A stretch of 62,247 nt of DNA, filler included. It is 4 parts of 4 records of this genome, joined end to end, with 100 filler letters (N's around TTAATTAATTAA, not from the genome) between each part and the next. Parts side by side here need not be neighbours in the genome. Positions count along the whole stretch, not along the records: positions 11,565 to 25,315 come from DRR723986_7201; 3 more parts are not named here. One strand, given 5' to 3'. Under the pieces are notes generated by a model, which was not told where the DNA came from, ran no database searches, and saw only the letters and a program-made list of their open reading frames with translations. The position numbers and the translations under genes were made by a program. This document shows, piece after piece, positions 11,465-23,670 of the stretch; the stretch's first letter is position 1; every line of letters begins with the position of its first letter.

Positions 11465-11564
11465 NNNNNNNNNNNNNNNNNNNNNNNNNNNNNNNNNNNN
11501 NNNNNNNNTTAATTAATTAANNNNNNNNNNNNNNNNNNNNNNNNNNNNNNNNNNNNNNNNNNNN
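11465..11564. other. Artificial contig spacer
   Basis: N44-TTAATTAATTAA-N44 (stop codons in all six frames); base composition changes abruptly across it. Confidence 0.99.
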
Positions 11565-14500
11565 GTCGGCGTCGCCGAGTGTGTAGGTGCTGCTGGTTGC
11601 CCCCGAGATATCGACTCCGTTACGCTGCCACTGGTAACTGATCGTGCCCAGACCGTCTGCGTCAGCGATTGTGTTGATGGCGGTCAGTGTTTCATTCTCA
11701 GTGGCTGTTCCCGAGATGGTCACGCTGCCAGTCGGCGCGTCGTTCACGTCGGTGACAACAATCGTTGCTGTTTCGCTTTCGCTACTGAAGGCCGTCGATC
11801 CGCCGTTGGTTGAAACGTCGACCAACGATCCGGCCGTCCCGGTCGATTGATCCCAGGCTCGGAACTGAATCGATGGAGCCGATCCCTGCCCGCCGTTGGG
11901 GTTAAACCGAATCAGATCCGTTGAACGCAGCAACTGAGCGTTCGTGGTAGAAGTTAGCCCAACGTTCGACCAGTTGGTGCCGCCGTCAAGGGAGTATTGC
12001 CAGGTGCCCTGACTATTGTTGCGTGACGTGATCGCAATCCCTTCGGCCGGGCCATCTGGGTCAGCAATTGGATCTCCGCCCGCGCCGGTGGCCAGCAGTG
12101 CGGCGACCGTCATGCCGCTGTTTCCAGCGTCGTCTTCGGTGATACTGGTCAGCGCCGGGGAACCGGAGTTGTCCAGAACTGGGGCATCATTCACATTTAC
12201 GACATTTGCAGTTTGAGCAGAAGTGAGCGGCCCTTCGCTGGCTCCTTCCGCGTCGGTATAACTCACTTGAACGCTGATTTTCTTGCCAACGTCGTCATCG
12301 CCCAGCGTGTAAGTACTGGACGTTGCACCTGTGATCGCCGATCCATCTCGCAGCCACTGATACGTGAACGTTCCCAGGCCATCGTTATCGCTGATGCCGC
12401 TGGTGTCAGCCGTCAGCGTTTGGTCTTCGGTGACCGTGCCGGTAATCGTTGGCAGGCCGGTTGGCGCGTCGTTAACATTCGTGATGTCTACGTTGACCAC
12501 CCCTAGAGTCTGATCTGTGCCTCCGCCAACGCCGGTGTTGCCGCCATCGTTAATCACAACGGTGACGGTGTCAGCGTTGTTTCCAGTGGTATGACTTGCT
12601 GGATGCAGGTATTGAATGTTGGAGGCGTCGTTGAAGTACGCGTTCAGGTTGGCCAGCGTGCCACTGAACGTTCGACTGGTCGCAGTGCCACCAACGGTGA
12701 CTCCGCCATCGCTGGTCGCCGACAAGTTCCCACCGCTGGAGGTCGAAAGGGTTACACTCAGCGAACTGGATCCTGCATCGGCATCGGTAAAGTTGATCGC
12801 GGACAGGTCCAGATTGGAAAGGACGTCTTCGGTGACAGTGACATCCGTCGGCACACCTGTGGCGTCGGGATCGTCATTCCTGGAACTGATCGTTACCGAC
12901 TGAGTTTCCACGGCCGTCATTCCGCCGCGAGCGTCATTGTCGTTGAACGTCCACTCCAACGTGACGCTTGACGAAGGCGTGTCGTTGGAGTTGCTGTACG
13001 CGATCAGTCGCATCGCGTCGTTCACTTGACTGTTGGTCGTCCCGGCTGCGAAGGTGATCGTGAGTGTTCCACCAGTGTTCGTGTAGCTGCCGATTTCGGT
13101 CGAAGCTAGCTCCAGGGTGCCGTCATCGAAGACCAGACTGCCTGTCGCGCTAAAGACATCGTCAGAGTTCGCGCCGCCGCTTCGATGAAGAGTAAGGGTC
13201 GCTCCTTCGAAATCATCTGCATCGGACAGTTCAGCGTCGAAGATCTCAACATTGCCGTCCAGCACAACAGGCGATCCGTTTTCGATAAACGTCGGGCTAT
13301 TATCAATCGTGCTGACCAGGCCAAACCTTTCATCGAGCGTTCCATCGGCATTCAGACGCAAGGTGAACAGCGTGTTCGCTCCATCGAACGTCTCACCAGT
13401 AATGACGATTTTCCCGTCGCCTTGCAAAACTGCTGCATAAGCTCGATCGTTGGTCCCGCTGAGATCGATCTCCGCAGTCCCAGCCGTTCCGAAGGAGGCA
13501 TCGAGCGAACCATCGGCAAGATACCTGATCGCAATGAGATCCGAATCAGAGCTGATCGTGCCGTGACCGACGACCGTCACCTTCCCATCGTCATCAAGAA
13601 GAAGTCCAGTCACCCTTTCGAAGTCGGCACCCGTTGCATCAGTCGTCACCCAGCCATCACCGCCACCAAAACTGGTGTCGACGGAGCCATCTGAATTCAG
13701 TTGCAGGAGTGCAAAGTCGAAATTGGTATCGACCGCTCGCCCGGCCACGAGAATCTTTCCATCGGGACGGACGGTAATCGAACTGGCCAAATCGTTAAGG
13801 CTGTTGAAGTCATGTTTGACATAACCATTGCCCGCTCCGAAGCTGGTATCAACCGAGCCGTCCGCGTTGATTCGAGCGATCGTGAAGTCAAGGCTGTCAC
13901 CAGTCGACTGGCCGGCCAACAGAATCTTTCCGTCTGGCTGCACCGTCATCCCGTAGACAATGTCCGAGTTGCCGATGTTGATGGTCTGCATTCCGTCGCC
14001 GCTGAAGCTGGTGTCCAGCGAACCGTTGCTGTTGTATCTCGCAACCGCGTATTCAGTGCCGCTGGCGGATTCATGCGTGCCTCCGACCAGGATCTTGCCG
14101 TCGTCCTGAATGTGCAGCGCTTCCGCTTGATCATCTGTTCCGCCGGTGAACTGCGTTGTCACAATTCCGCCCGAGCCAAACGAGGTGTCGAGCGAGCCGC
14201 TGGCCTCGTAGCGCACCAGCTCAAAGACTCCGCTACTTTGACGGTTGGACGCGACGACGATCTTTCCGTCCGGCTGAATCCTGACGTCTACACCTTCCTG
14301 GTCGGCACTGTCGATGTCAGTGATGACTATGCCGTCGCCGCCGCCGAAAGACGTGTCCAGCGTCCCGTCTGCGTTGTAACGCAGCAGAACGACGTCATCA
14401 CCGGAGTCAGTTGTTTCACCAACGACGACGATCTTTCCATCCAGTTGAACTGCAATGCCGTTGCCCTCACTGGTGTCGCCCACAGGCGTGACAACGATGC

Positions 14501-17500
14501 CATCACCGATGCCAAAGCTCGGTGCCTGGTTGGGCAGTGTTACTTCAATGGTTGCGTTTTCGGTCGCGGTGCTGAACGCTGTCACTCCGCCGTTGGTGCT
14601 GGTGTCAACTTTCTGGCCAGCCGAGCCCGACGTCTGGTCCCAAGCTCGGAAGGTGATATCAGCGGTCGTTACTGTGGTGCCGTTCGGGACGAATCGAAGC
14701 AGATCCGTTTCGCGCAGCAGCAGTGACGCTGTGCCAGAGACTGCATCGACGTCGATCCAGCTACTGCCACTATCGAGCGAATACTCCCAGTGGCCGTTGC
14801 CATCGTTCGCCGCCGTGATGGCGATCCCTTCAACCGCACCGGAGCTCGCATCGGTGATCCTGTCGCCGCCTGCTGAAGCGATCACCGAAGCGATCGTTTG
14901 ACCGTCATTGTCGGTTTCGGTTGTTGTGATACCGTCCAGAGCCATATCTCCGGTATTGTCAAGCACCGGCGATGGCAGCGCTGTTACGGAGGCGGTCGCT
15001 GTGTCGTAAACAGCATCGGCAAACACGATGCGTTCAACGGTTCCGTAAACTCGGTCCTGGTCTTCATCAACACCGTTCACATTGGTTTCGTGGACGGAGA
15101 TATATCCTGAGTTTGAGTTCCCGTCGTAGTTTGATCGGCTGATCGAGTAGTCCGCGATGTTGCCGTCGTAATATGCGGTATCAAATCCGGCATCGCCATA
15201 GAGGTAATCGTTGCCATCGCCGCCGTACAGCGAATCATCTCCGTCACCGCCATAGAGATCGTGAGCATTCGCGCCATCAATCAAGGTGTCGTCGCCGCCA
15301 TTGCCGAAGATGTCCATGTTCTCGGTGTCATCAACGATGATCGTATCACTTTGCGTACTACCGTGCAGTTCCAGGATGTATTGCAAGTCGACCCCAGTGA
15401 AATCCCAGTGCAGCGAGGTGCTATGGCTCGCGTTCCCAAGATCATTTTGATTGCTACTGCCGAAGCCACGCACCTGTTCGATACCGGTCAGTGCCAGTGA
15501 AAACGTGTCCTCGATTGTGAAGGAGCCACTACTGGAGAAAGCACGGATAATGTCAAAGCCTGTCGTGCCGGAATCGCGGATCTGATCGCCAACCGTGTCG
15601 TTGGAGGCTCGGTACAAATCAGCATCTTCACCGCCATCGATCAGGTCTGTTTCGCCGTCAATACTTGTAAAGAATGTATCGGCACCGCTCCCGCCAAAGA
15701 GTGTATCAAGGCCGTCTCCGTCATAAATGTCGTCGTCGCCTTCGCCGCCGTAGATAGTGTCGTTACCGGCGTCGCCATAGAGTCGGTCCTCTTCTCCGCC
15801 GCCAATGATCGTATCGTCGCCGTCACCACCACGCAGAATGTCTTCACCATTGGTTACGGAATCGGAAACCATCCTGATGCCCGCGATCAACGGTCCGCCG
15901 CTTGCATCGCCGGTGACCGAAGCAAACGACAACGTGTGAGTCGCTGCAGTCGCCGTGAACGTGTAGACACGCGGCTGCCAGTTCATGTTGCTCAAGCTGT
16001 TGCCGCTAGGGGTGGTGACCGAAATTGCTTCCGTCCCGGCAGTCGTTCCGTCAGTGGAGACGTTGACCGTCTGAGTCGTCTCACCGTCTGCACCGAGCAT
16101 GAAAGCGACGTGGTAGGTTTCGCCGATGGTTAATCCGCCCAAGGTCTGCCCGATGGTCGCATCTTTCAGATCGACTGTCCGGAGCTCAGCATCGTTCGCA
16201 TCTGTTGGACGTAGTAGTTCCTCTTCGTCGATGCCTAGGAAATCGACGCTGCCTCCTGAGATCGTCCATCCGCTGTTGGTGCCAGTTACTCCATACTGAG
16301 ACAAACCGGTGTCGCTATTGAAGTTACCGTTTCCCAGCAGATCGGTGCCGCCGAGAAGTATGTCATTCCCAGCTCCACCGTTGACATTGTCATCAGCATT
16401 GGTGCCGACAATGATGTCGTCGTTTGATGTCGTCGTCGCGTAGGCATTGATCACGCTGACCGTAAAGGTTTCGGTCCGCGTATTCCCCTCGCTGTCTGTA
16501 GCCAAGATGGAAACAGTTTCACTCACCGATGTATTGAAGTCCAACAGGGAGCTGTCGGCTACAGTTAGGCGGCCCGTGTCTGCATCGATCGCAAACGCAC
16601 CTGCCGCCGATTGAGCCTGGAGGGTGAACGTTATTGCGTCAGTAGTATCCAGAACATCGTCGACATCCCATTCGATTACGGAACGGTAATTCCCCGACCC
16701 CTTATCGTCCCATTGACCAGCCGATCCGCCGGTCGCGTACATGATGGCAAAGTCCTCGCCGCTATTGTCGTTTGGCTCGTTCGATGCCCAGTTCTCGTAT
16801 GCTCCATTGACCGCCGTTCCGCCATCATCGCCTTGCCAGAATTGGTCGCCAGTGCTACTGCCGTCGTACCATCGCCATTCTCCTTCGACAGCGTTATCGG
16901 ATGCGCCAAGCCAGATTGATGTTCCTTCAGCCGAAACGATACTCTGAACAATCTCCTGCTCTGCAGCGGAGGTAATGGTAGCCAATTGTCCACTCGCGCC
17001 ATTCAAAAGTGTTCCGATAGCGTTGCTTTGCGCCGCTGAGAATCCGGTCGATGAACTGGAGAACATGTAGAATTTTCCGGTCTCAGCGCTGTAAACCAGA
17101 TTTGGCACACTTGTTACGAGTTCGGCAATACGAGCTTCTCGGTCTGCATCAAGAGCGGCCACCGTCCCTACATAACTTCCGTCATCTGCGTTCTCCCAAA
17201 CGCTGAAGCCGCCAGTGATTTCGCTGGCTGTAAAACCAGACTCGCTGGTATGTTCCAGCGAAAGATGGTTTGTTCCAGCGACTCTTTCCTTCACAAAACC
17301 TTCCGTTGAGATTCCGTCGAAGGTCCACTGGGCCACCAGCCCTGCTTCGTCATAGTTGACACCATAACGGTGCGCATCCAACGCCTCGGATTCAGTGCGT
17401 AGATGGTCGTAGATTTGAATGCTGTGATAACGCCCTTTGAAAACCTGACTAGGATCGAACGCGCCAGAGATAGCATCTAGTTCTTGCCCGAACACCAATC

Positions 17501-20500
17501 GCCCCTCGCCAACAACCGGTGTCGTGGGCAAGCCCGATGCTGTCGCAACCGAAGCACCATTGACGAAGACTTCGAATTGTCCAGTGCCCGTATCCAGGGC
17601 AACTGCTATCGAATGCCGCCCGCCATCAGAAAGCGAGTGGAAGTCGTAACCCGATGTCGCGACCTGAATTCCTGCATGTGTCAAAGTAAAATTGCCACTG
17701 GAGTCGATCCATACCAGCAACTCGTTGTGCCTATCAACGGTGGCATAAGACAGCAGTGGGATCCCGCCCATTTCGGTTGTTTCAAACTTGATTTCAAACG
17801 TTAGTTCGGTGAGTCCGCCGAGAAGCGCGCCGCCATCAACTGCCTCCAGATACGCGTTGTTGCCGCCATCGTTATTCAGCGACAGCGTTCCATCACCGTT
17901 GCCGTCAAAGGCAAAGAGGTCCGCAATGCCTGAACCATCCGATTCACCACTAACGGCAACTATGTAATTCGAGATCTCTGACGAGTTGCCGCTACCTGTT
18001 GTTATTGCCGTGATGTATTCACCAGCCGCAACTGACACACCAGATTCACTTGTGAAGACATCGCCAACGTTCCCTGAGATTGTCTTGCTAAACAGATACC
18101 GCTCTGCCTCAACAGAACCTCCATCGCGATCACTACTGGCATAGAAATCTACTGTGTACGTTCCGCTGGCCAGAGTGCTACTGTCGATAACAACACTGAC
18201 GTCACCATTATCCATGACATCGAACTGTTCAATCGCAGCCCAGTTCTGAACACCATCGCTGTCGCCCGCGTCGTTGGCAGTCGCTCCACCGTCGCCGTTG
18301 TCGATACCGAGCCCCGCATTGCCGTAGATCGAATTGCCACGGATCACGTTGTTCGCGCCAGCCAGGGATGAGAGCCGGATGCCATCAAAACCGGTGGACG
18401 TGACGTTCGTAATCGTGTTGCCGTTCCCCAACTCTCCAATTGTTGTGTCGCTGGCCGAATCCGCCACTAAGATGCCGTGCAACGCGATATTCCCGGCAAC
18501 CGTCTTATCGGAGTTCGTTCCGATAAAATTTCCGGTGACCGATGTGTTCGTAGTACTGCTTCCGGTGATACTGATCCCGACATCGTCGGTAGCTAGTATT
18601 GTATTGTTGGACACCTGAGTGAAATCTGCTCCTGAGTCGACGCTAATCCCCGAGCTACCAATACTCAACAATGTCGCCCCATTGGCCGCGACACCGAGCC
18701 AATTGTGACTGATCGTGGTGTTATCTGTCGCCTCGCCAGTGACCTGAATACCGTGGTCACCAACACCGGCAAGGAAGTTCCGGTGGTCTTCAGTAGCGCC
18801 CCCGATCAAACCGCCTGAAGCACCAGACTCGAAACGAACCCCATCAAAGGTGATATCAACCTGCGTCGCCCCGGCAGCATTCAGTCCAAAATAATTGCCC
18901 GAAACGACCGTCGAATCCCCTCTTGATACGACACCATTGTCAGTGCCGCCGAATATGTTCCGGTCAGCGATTGTGTGACCACCGATGACCGCATTGTCGC
19001 CCTCAACCAATACTCCGGCACCATTACCACCGTTGCCAGCTACAGAATTTCCAGACGAATCGAAAGCCCCAAGGAAGTTTCCAGAGACTTCAACATCATT
19101 CGCTCCGGACTGAATGTGAATGTTGTTGCTCGCAAAGTCTCTGATCACCAACCCACTGACTTCACTGCCGTCGGCGGCTGAGTCAATGTTGATTCCGACA
19201 GCATTTATTCCATTTCCATCAATCACAATGGGGAGGAAACTACCCTCGGTCCACCCGGTCTGTGTGGTCCCGTCAATGGTGACCTGGTCGGTGATCGTAT
19301 CCAGCGCCGATGACAGAGTGATCACCTGAGTGCCACTGCCAGCGATGTCGAATTCAATCCGATCGTGACCAGCGTTGTTGTTGGCGTCGATAATGGCCTG
19401 ACGCAGTGAACCCGCGCCACTGCCGTTGGTGTTCGTAACGGTATAGACAGTTTGGTCCGGCAGTTCGTACAGGTCCTCAACCTCGCTGGCAGCCAAAGCG
19501 CGAGAGTAGATGCGGACGTCATCGAGCTTGCCATCATAGTCGTTGCTAGATCCATTCACGCCGCCCAAAGTGATTGGTGCCGCTGGATCAATGACTCCGA
19601 CATTGACAACCGAAGACGTCGTCACCGTATTGTCGACGTAGATACTGAGCGTGTTGTCGGCGAAAGTCGCAACGACGTGATGCCAGGCACTATCTGGAAT
19701 GAACCCACCAACCGAGTTCCAAGCAGCGGAACCGTTACTGCCATAAAGATTGAAGCTAACGTAACCGTTCGTTAGCGCGCCAACAGCGAACCCGGTCGAT
19801 CCATCAAAGGATCGAATAAAATCACCGCGAGCGAACTGAGGCGTGTTTGTGTTGTACCAGAACGAAATTGAAAACTCGTCGCTGAAATCAAGCGACGGTG
19901 CATCGGGAATCGAGACGATGTTGTTCGAACTACTGGCATCACCAGTAAAGACCAGTGAGTAGTCTCCCACTTTCGAATCGGAACTCCAGGTTGGTGAGTT
20001 GACGAATGAGCCATCGTTATCGTTGGCCGTTTCGTCCAGCACCGTTGTGCCACCGTTTTCTTCAAAGTCGTAGTGCGCGACCAACCCCGACGTCACGTCC
20101 AGAGTACCAAACCAGGAAGCCTGAGCCGCATAACCAAACGCAACATCCGAGGATATGTCCCCGACGGTGTACTCCAGAATCCAGTCACCGCCCAGTTCAG
20201 CATTTCCAGTCAAATCCTCACTTGCCGCCACGTCTGCATTCGTCAGCGCAGCCAAAGAGTTCACCAGATCGCGTCCGTCTTCCGAGCTGGCAAGATCACA
20301 GCCGTAGATCAGCAGATCCGCCCCGCTACTGAGCGAAGCGTTCCAGGCAGCGAAATGGTCAGCGTACAGGCTCAAGGACTCGGCCGTCAGCCGGGTATTG
20401 CCAAGCGCGACTTCCCCTTCGGATCCGTGAGAAACGACATGCAGCGCATCAATTCCGGTTCGCCCAGCCAGAGCTTCCGTTATCTGTTCAAGGCCATCAC

Positions 20501-20960
20501 GCGTTGGATCGATGAAGACAACTTCGATCTGCCGCGTCGGATCAGTCAGTGAGCTGATATCCTCCAGGAGCGTCTGGTAGTCCTCCACGCTCATGTCGAT
20601 AAAGATTATTTCGCTCGATTGAGCAGCACTGCCCACGCTCAGCTCAGCCTGCGGCTCCAACGTTTCATGGCCTGCTGAATCGCTCTGTTCTCGTGGTGCT
20701 TCGGTTGTGTTCTCTTCTGATGCGGCCCACTGTGCAAGGTCAACATCATTCCCAGTTGTTGATTCAACGGCTGCATCCGGTGGCTCTACCATCGGCACAG
20801 CGCTGTACAGAATTCGCTCCTCCAGCGCAATTGCATCTAGCCCGGCTTCACTTTGCGCCGGCGCAGCACTTCCCGCATCCGATGTACGTGGACGTTCACT
20901 TCGAAGGCAACGATCTAGCCGAGTGACGATTTTCCAAAGCAATTGTTGTTTGTCCCGCAT
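11565..20960 (-). CDS. Giant secreted multidomain adhesin (LEPR-XLL, DUF4347, LamG, beta-helix, C-type lectin/cadherin, RTX-like Ca-binding repeats, delta-60 propeller, cadherin-like repeats); 3' end truncated
   Basis: Planctomycete LEPRxLL-type motif 'LEERILYSA'; DUF4347 motif 'ALHVVSHGSEG...LLIYGCDLA...DVAASEDLTG'; LamG 'WHHVVATF...GKLDDVRIYSRAL'; GGxGxDxL nonapeptides; 'QPDGKILV...RYNSNGSLDTSF' repeats. The start could be 20960, 20981 or GTG 21035. Confidence 0.9.
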
Positions 20961-21535
20961 GAGTCGTACCCAGGAGTGCATAACGGTGGCGCAGTTGGGG
21001 CTATGTAAGTCTTGCACGGGAATTGCACCCGCCACCGATTAGCGACTCTATGCCATTGCTAACGAGAAAGTAAACGTCCCGCATTCGTTAGGACGTAGCA
21101 TGTTTGCGTTTTGCACCGGATGCACAAGCTAGAGGCTGCGGCTAGGCGCAAAAGCCGGTGGACACAATAACGTGTTAAGGAACAATCGCGCCGCGGTCCT
21201 TAGGCATCCTCGAAAGTAGGGTATTGGCCGAACCCGTAAGTTCGGCTTTCGGACACACCAGCCCTAGAATGCTACTAGCCGGAAGACAACCGCTTGTGGC
21301 AACTGCGGATAGCCGCAACCAAACCACACCAAAGCGGTGATTGGCACGCGAACAGAACCAGTTCTTCCTAGTCCGCTTTTCATCCGAGTTCACGCGGAGC
21401 AACGTGCCCAGCAATCACTAAATTGCGACGGGAGAAGGTGCGCGGCTGGGGAATTGAAGTTGTCCTTCACTCACGACGACCGCAGCATGGAAGTGCTGTC
21501 TGTGAAAGCGATACTTTTGCCGCCTTGGATGCAAG

Positions 21536-22543
21536 CTATTTCAGCACAAACGTCGCTACGACTGGATAATGATCACTCAAATCGACTTCGCGAGGCGCCA
21601 ACTGCAGCCTGTTGTCCCAGTGAGCTTGCCCATCTGGGCGACCGCGAACAACGGCGCGGTCCAAAATTCGAATATCCCGGAAAACCCAATCTCTTCCCGG
21701 CCCGTCCTCGATCATACTCTGACTAGCATAGATCCGATCAAACTGTTTGTTGACGATCAGATGCGTTCGAGCGGTCGGATCTTTCGCCTTCGCCAAGAGA
21801 TCAACCATGGTCGGGTCATCACCTACGATAGCTTGCACATCGCCGTTCAATTCTCCTACTGAATGCTCAGAATTCATATCCCCCAGTATGATCACATCCT
21901 GCCCTCGCCCAAGCGGCAACTCTAGCCACTTGCGAGCAAGTTTCGCCTGTTTGACGCGCAAGTCTTCTTTTTCGGCTCGTGCCCGCAGGTGAACATTCAA
22001 CACTGAAAGTGGGCTTTCAACATCCGACCAACGAAACCCGCCACACAGATGTTTCGAGATGTTGTAGTACTGCCGGCTGTCATACATGGTTTTGCTTTGC
22101 TCAAACCTGCTGTAGCGAAACAAGCCGCCTTTGAAGAGAAACCCCACGTCCTGTTCGGTCGCAGTGTCGCGGCCATTGATGAAAGCATAGCGATAACTCT
22201 TGCCAAGTTTCTTCAGCTCAACTCTCAAAGCAGCCAATGAATCGGCGTCTTCGATTTCTTGCAAAGCGACTATGCTTGGCTCTTCAGAAGCGATTACTTG
22301 AGCAACCCCCTGCAACCGAGCCTGCCAATACTCCCTGGTCGGCGCTGACTGCTCCTTGGCAAGTTCCGACCGGTTGTCAGGCGTGAAATCGTCATAGAAC
22401 CATTCGACGTTCCACGTCATAACCTTCAGCGATGTCGGGGCGGGGTCGTAGGGTTGTGCCATCGACGAGGAGCTCGACAAACATACAAATGATCCAACCA
22501 ATAAGATCAAACACTCTCTTAGTATTGAATTGAGCAGACGCAT
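21536..22543 (-). CDS. Secreted endonuclease/exonuclease/phosphatase (EEP) family protein
   Basis: Signal peptide; motifs MTWNVEW, ALQEIE, NVHL, ILGDMN, FDRIY, SDHYPV. Confidence 0.88.
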   Translation of the reverse strand: MRLLNSILRECLILLVGSFVCLSSSSSMAQPYDPAPTSLKVMTWNVEWFYDDFTPDNRSELAKEQSAPTREYWQARLQGVAQVIASEEPSIVALQEIEDADSLAALRVELKKLGKSYRYAFINGRDTATEQDVGFLFKGGLFRYSRFEQSKTMYDSRQYYNISKHLCGGFRWSDVESPLSVLNVHLRARAEKEDLRVKQAKLARKWLELPLGRGQDVIILGDMNSEHSVGELNGDVQAIVGDDPTMVDLLAKAKDPTARTHLIVNKQFDRIYASQSMIEDGPGRDWVFRDIRILDRAVVRGRPDGQAHWDNRLQLAPREVDLSDHYPVVATFVLK

Positions 22544-22649
22544 CGCATTCGTTCCGATTTCTGGTGGCAGCTTAATGATTTCCAGCTAGTAGAACATTAC
22601 CGAGATTCCTGGCAAGTCGTCAGGCTTTCGTGAGGCTTATCCAGACACT

Positions 22650-23558
22650 CTACGAAGATGATATCTTCGGGAACCACAGCGGAACCGTTGCCTTGTAGCG
22701 GGCAAACGAATCGCCGAATCTCTCGGCCAAGTCACGCTCTTCTGCGGGCCTGACGAGAACGTGCCATCCTACACAACACAACACGGACAGGATGACGACC
22801 ATCGGACTACCCAGGAGCAAGCCGATGGCGATCCCCTGCCAGAGGCCTGCAATCGCCATCGGATTGCGGACAAATCGATACGGTCCCGTAACAACTAGTT
22901 GAGGTGCCGCGTCGGTGGGCAGCGGCGTTCCCTTCCCAGCCGTCGCCATCGTAAAGCCACTCCATAGGCCCAGTGCGGACGCTAAAAGCAGCAGGAGAAT
23001 TGGCCAGACCGCCCGAATAGCAAACTGCGGAATATTGACGAGTTGTTCAACTGATGCGATCGTCTTCGGCAAGATGTACAGAAAGTAGGTCCAGAAGATG
23101 CATATCTGAACAACGGTCGTCAGCCGTGCATTCCAAACCGATCGCTCGACGGCGCGGAACGCTCTAATGGAATGGGAACTGTCCTGCGTTGCGAAAATGC
23201 TGCATGCAATGTAGTTAGCAAAGAGCATCGTGCTCATTAGGCCAGATGCCAACCAGGCTTCCCCGGTCAGACTGCTCAACGCAACACAATACAGCGTCGG
23301 ATAAACGGCCAAGAGTGCGGTTGCTTTGACAAGCGTCAGGGACATTCTTGCCCGCATCAGCATTGCTACCGCAGCGGATAACGAACAACCCGCGAGGGCT
23401 GCATCGGGGACGATGAACGCCCCGAAAAAATCATCATCAAAACTCGCTGGTTTGAAGTGGTCGACCAGTATTGGGAACATGTAGAGCAATAGCCACCAAG
23501 CAGCAATTGCAACGAACTGCGTTGAATAAAATCCCGCAAACAGAATTCGCGGTCGCAT
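22650..23558 (-). CDS. Isoprenylcysteine carboxyl-/phospholipid methyltransferase (ICMT/PEMT) family membrane protein with an extra N-terminal TM domain
   Basis: 'GKGTPLP...LVVTGPYRFVRNPM...EERDLAERFGDSFARYKATVPLW'. ATG 23558 is preferred because the TTG at 23603 lies in the upstream terminator tail. Confidence 0.82.
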   Translation of the reverse strand: MRPRILFAGFYSTQFVAIAAWWLLLYMFPILVDHFKPASFDDDFFGAFIVPDAALAGCSLSAAVAMLMRARMSLTLVKATALLAVYPTLYCVALSSLTGEAWLASGLMSTMLFANYIACSIFATQDSSHSIRAFRAVERSVWNARLTTVVQICIFWTYFLYILPKTIASVEQLVNIPQFAIRAVWPILLLLLASALGLWSGFTMATAGKGTPLPTDAAPQLVVTGPYRFVRNPMAIAGLWQGIAIGLLLGSPMVVILSVLCCVGWHVLVRPAEERDLAERFGDSFARYKATVPLWFPKISSS

Positions 23559-23601
23559 GTCGTGTGAAGGTCTGCTCAATTGACCAAGCAAATCAAAGTA
23601 C

Positions 23602-23640
23602 AAAAAGAAAGCGTCACCGAAACAGGTTCGGCGACGCTTT
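23602..23640 (-). terminator. Rho-independent terminator
   Basis: Minus strand AAAGCGTCGCCGAA-cctgt-TTCGGTGACGCTTT-CTTTTT: 14-bp stem with one G.U pair, directly after the 23671 stop. Confidence 0.85.
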
Positions 23641-23670
23641 GAAAATCAATGCAAAGAGTTGATGCTAATC

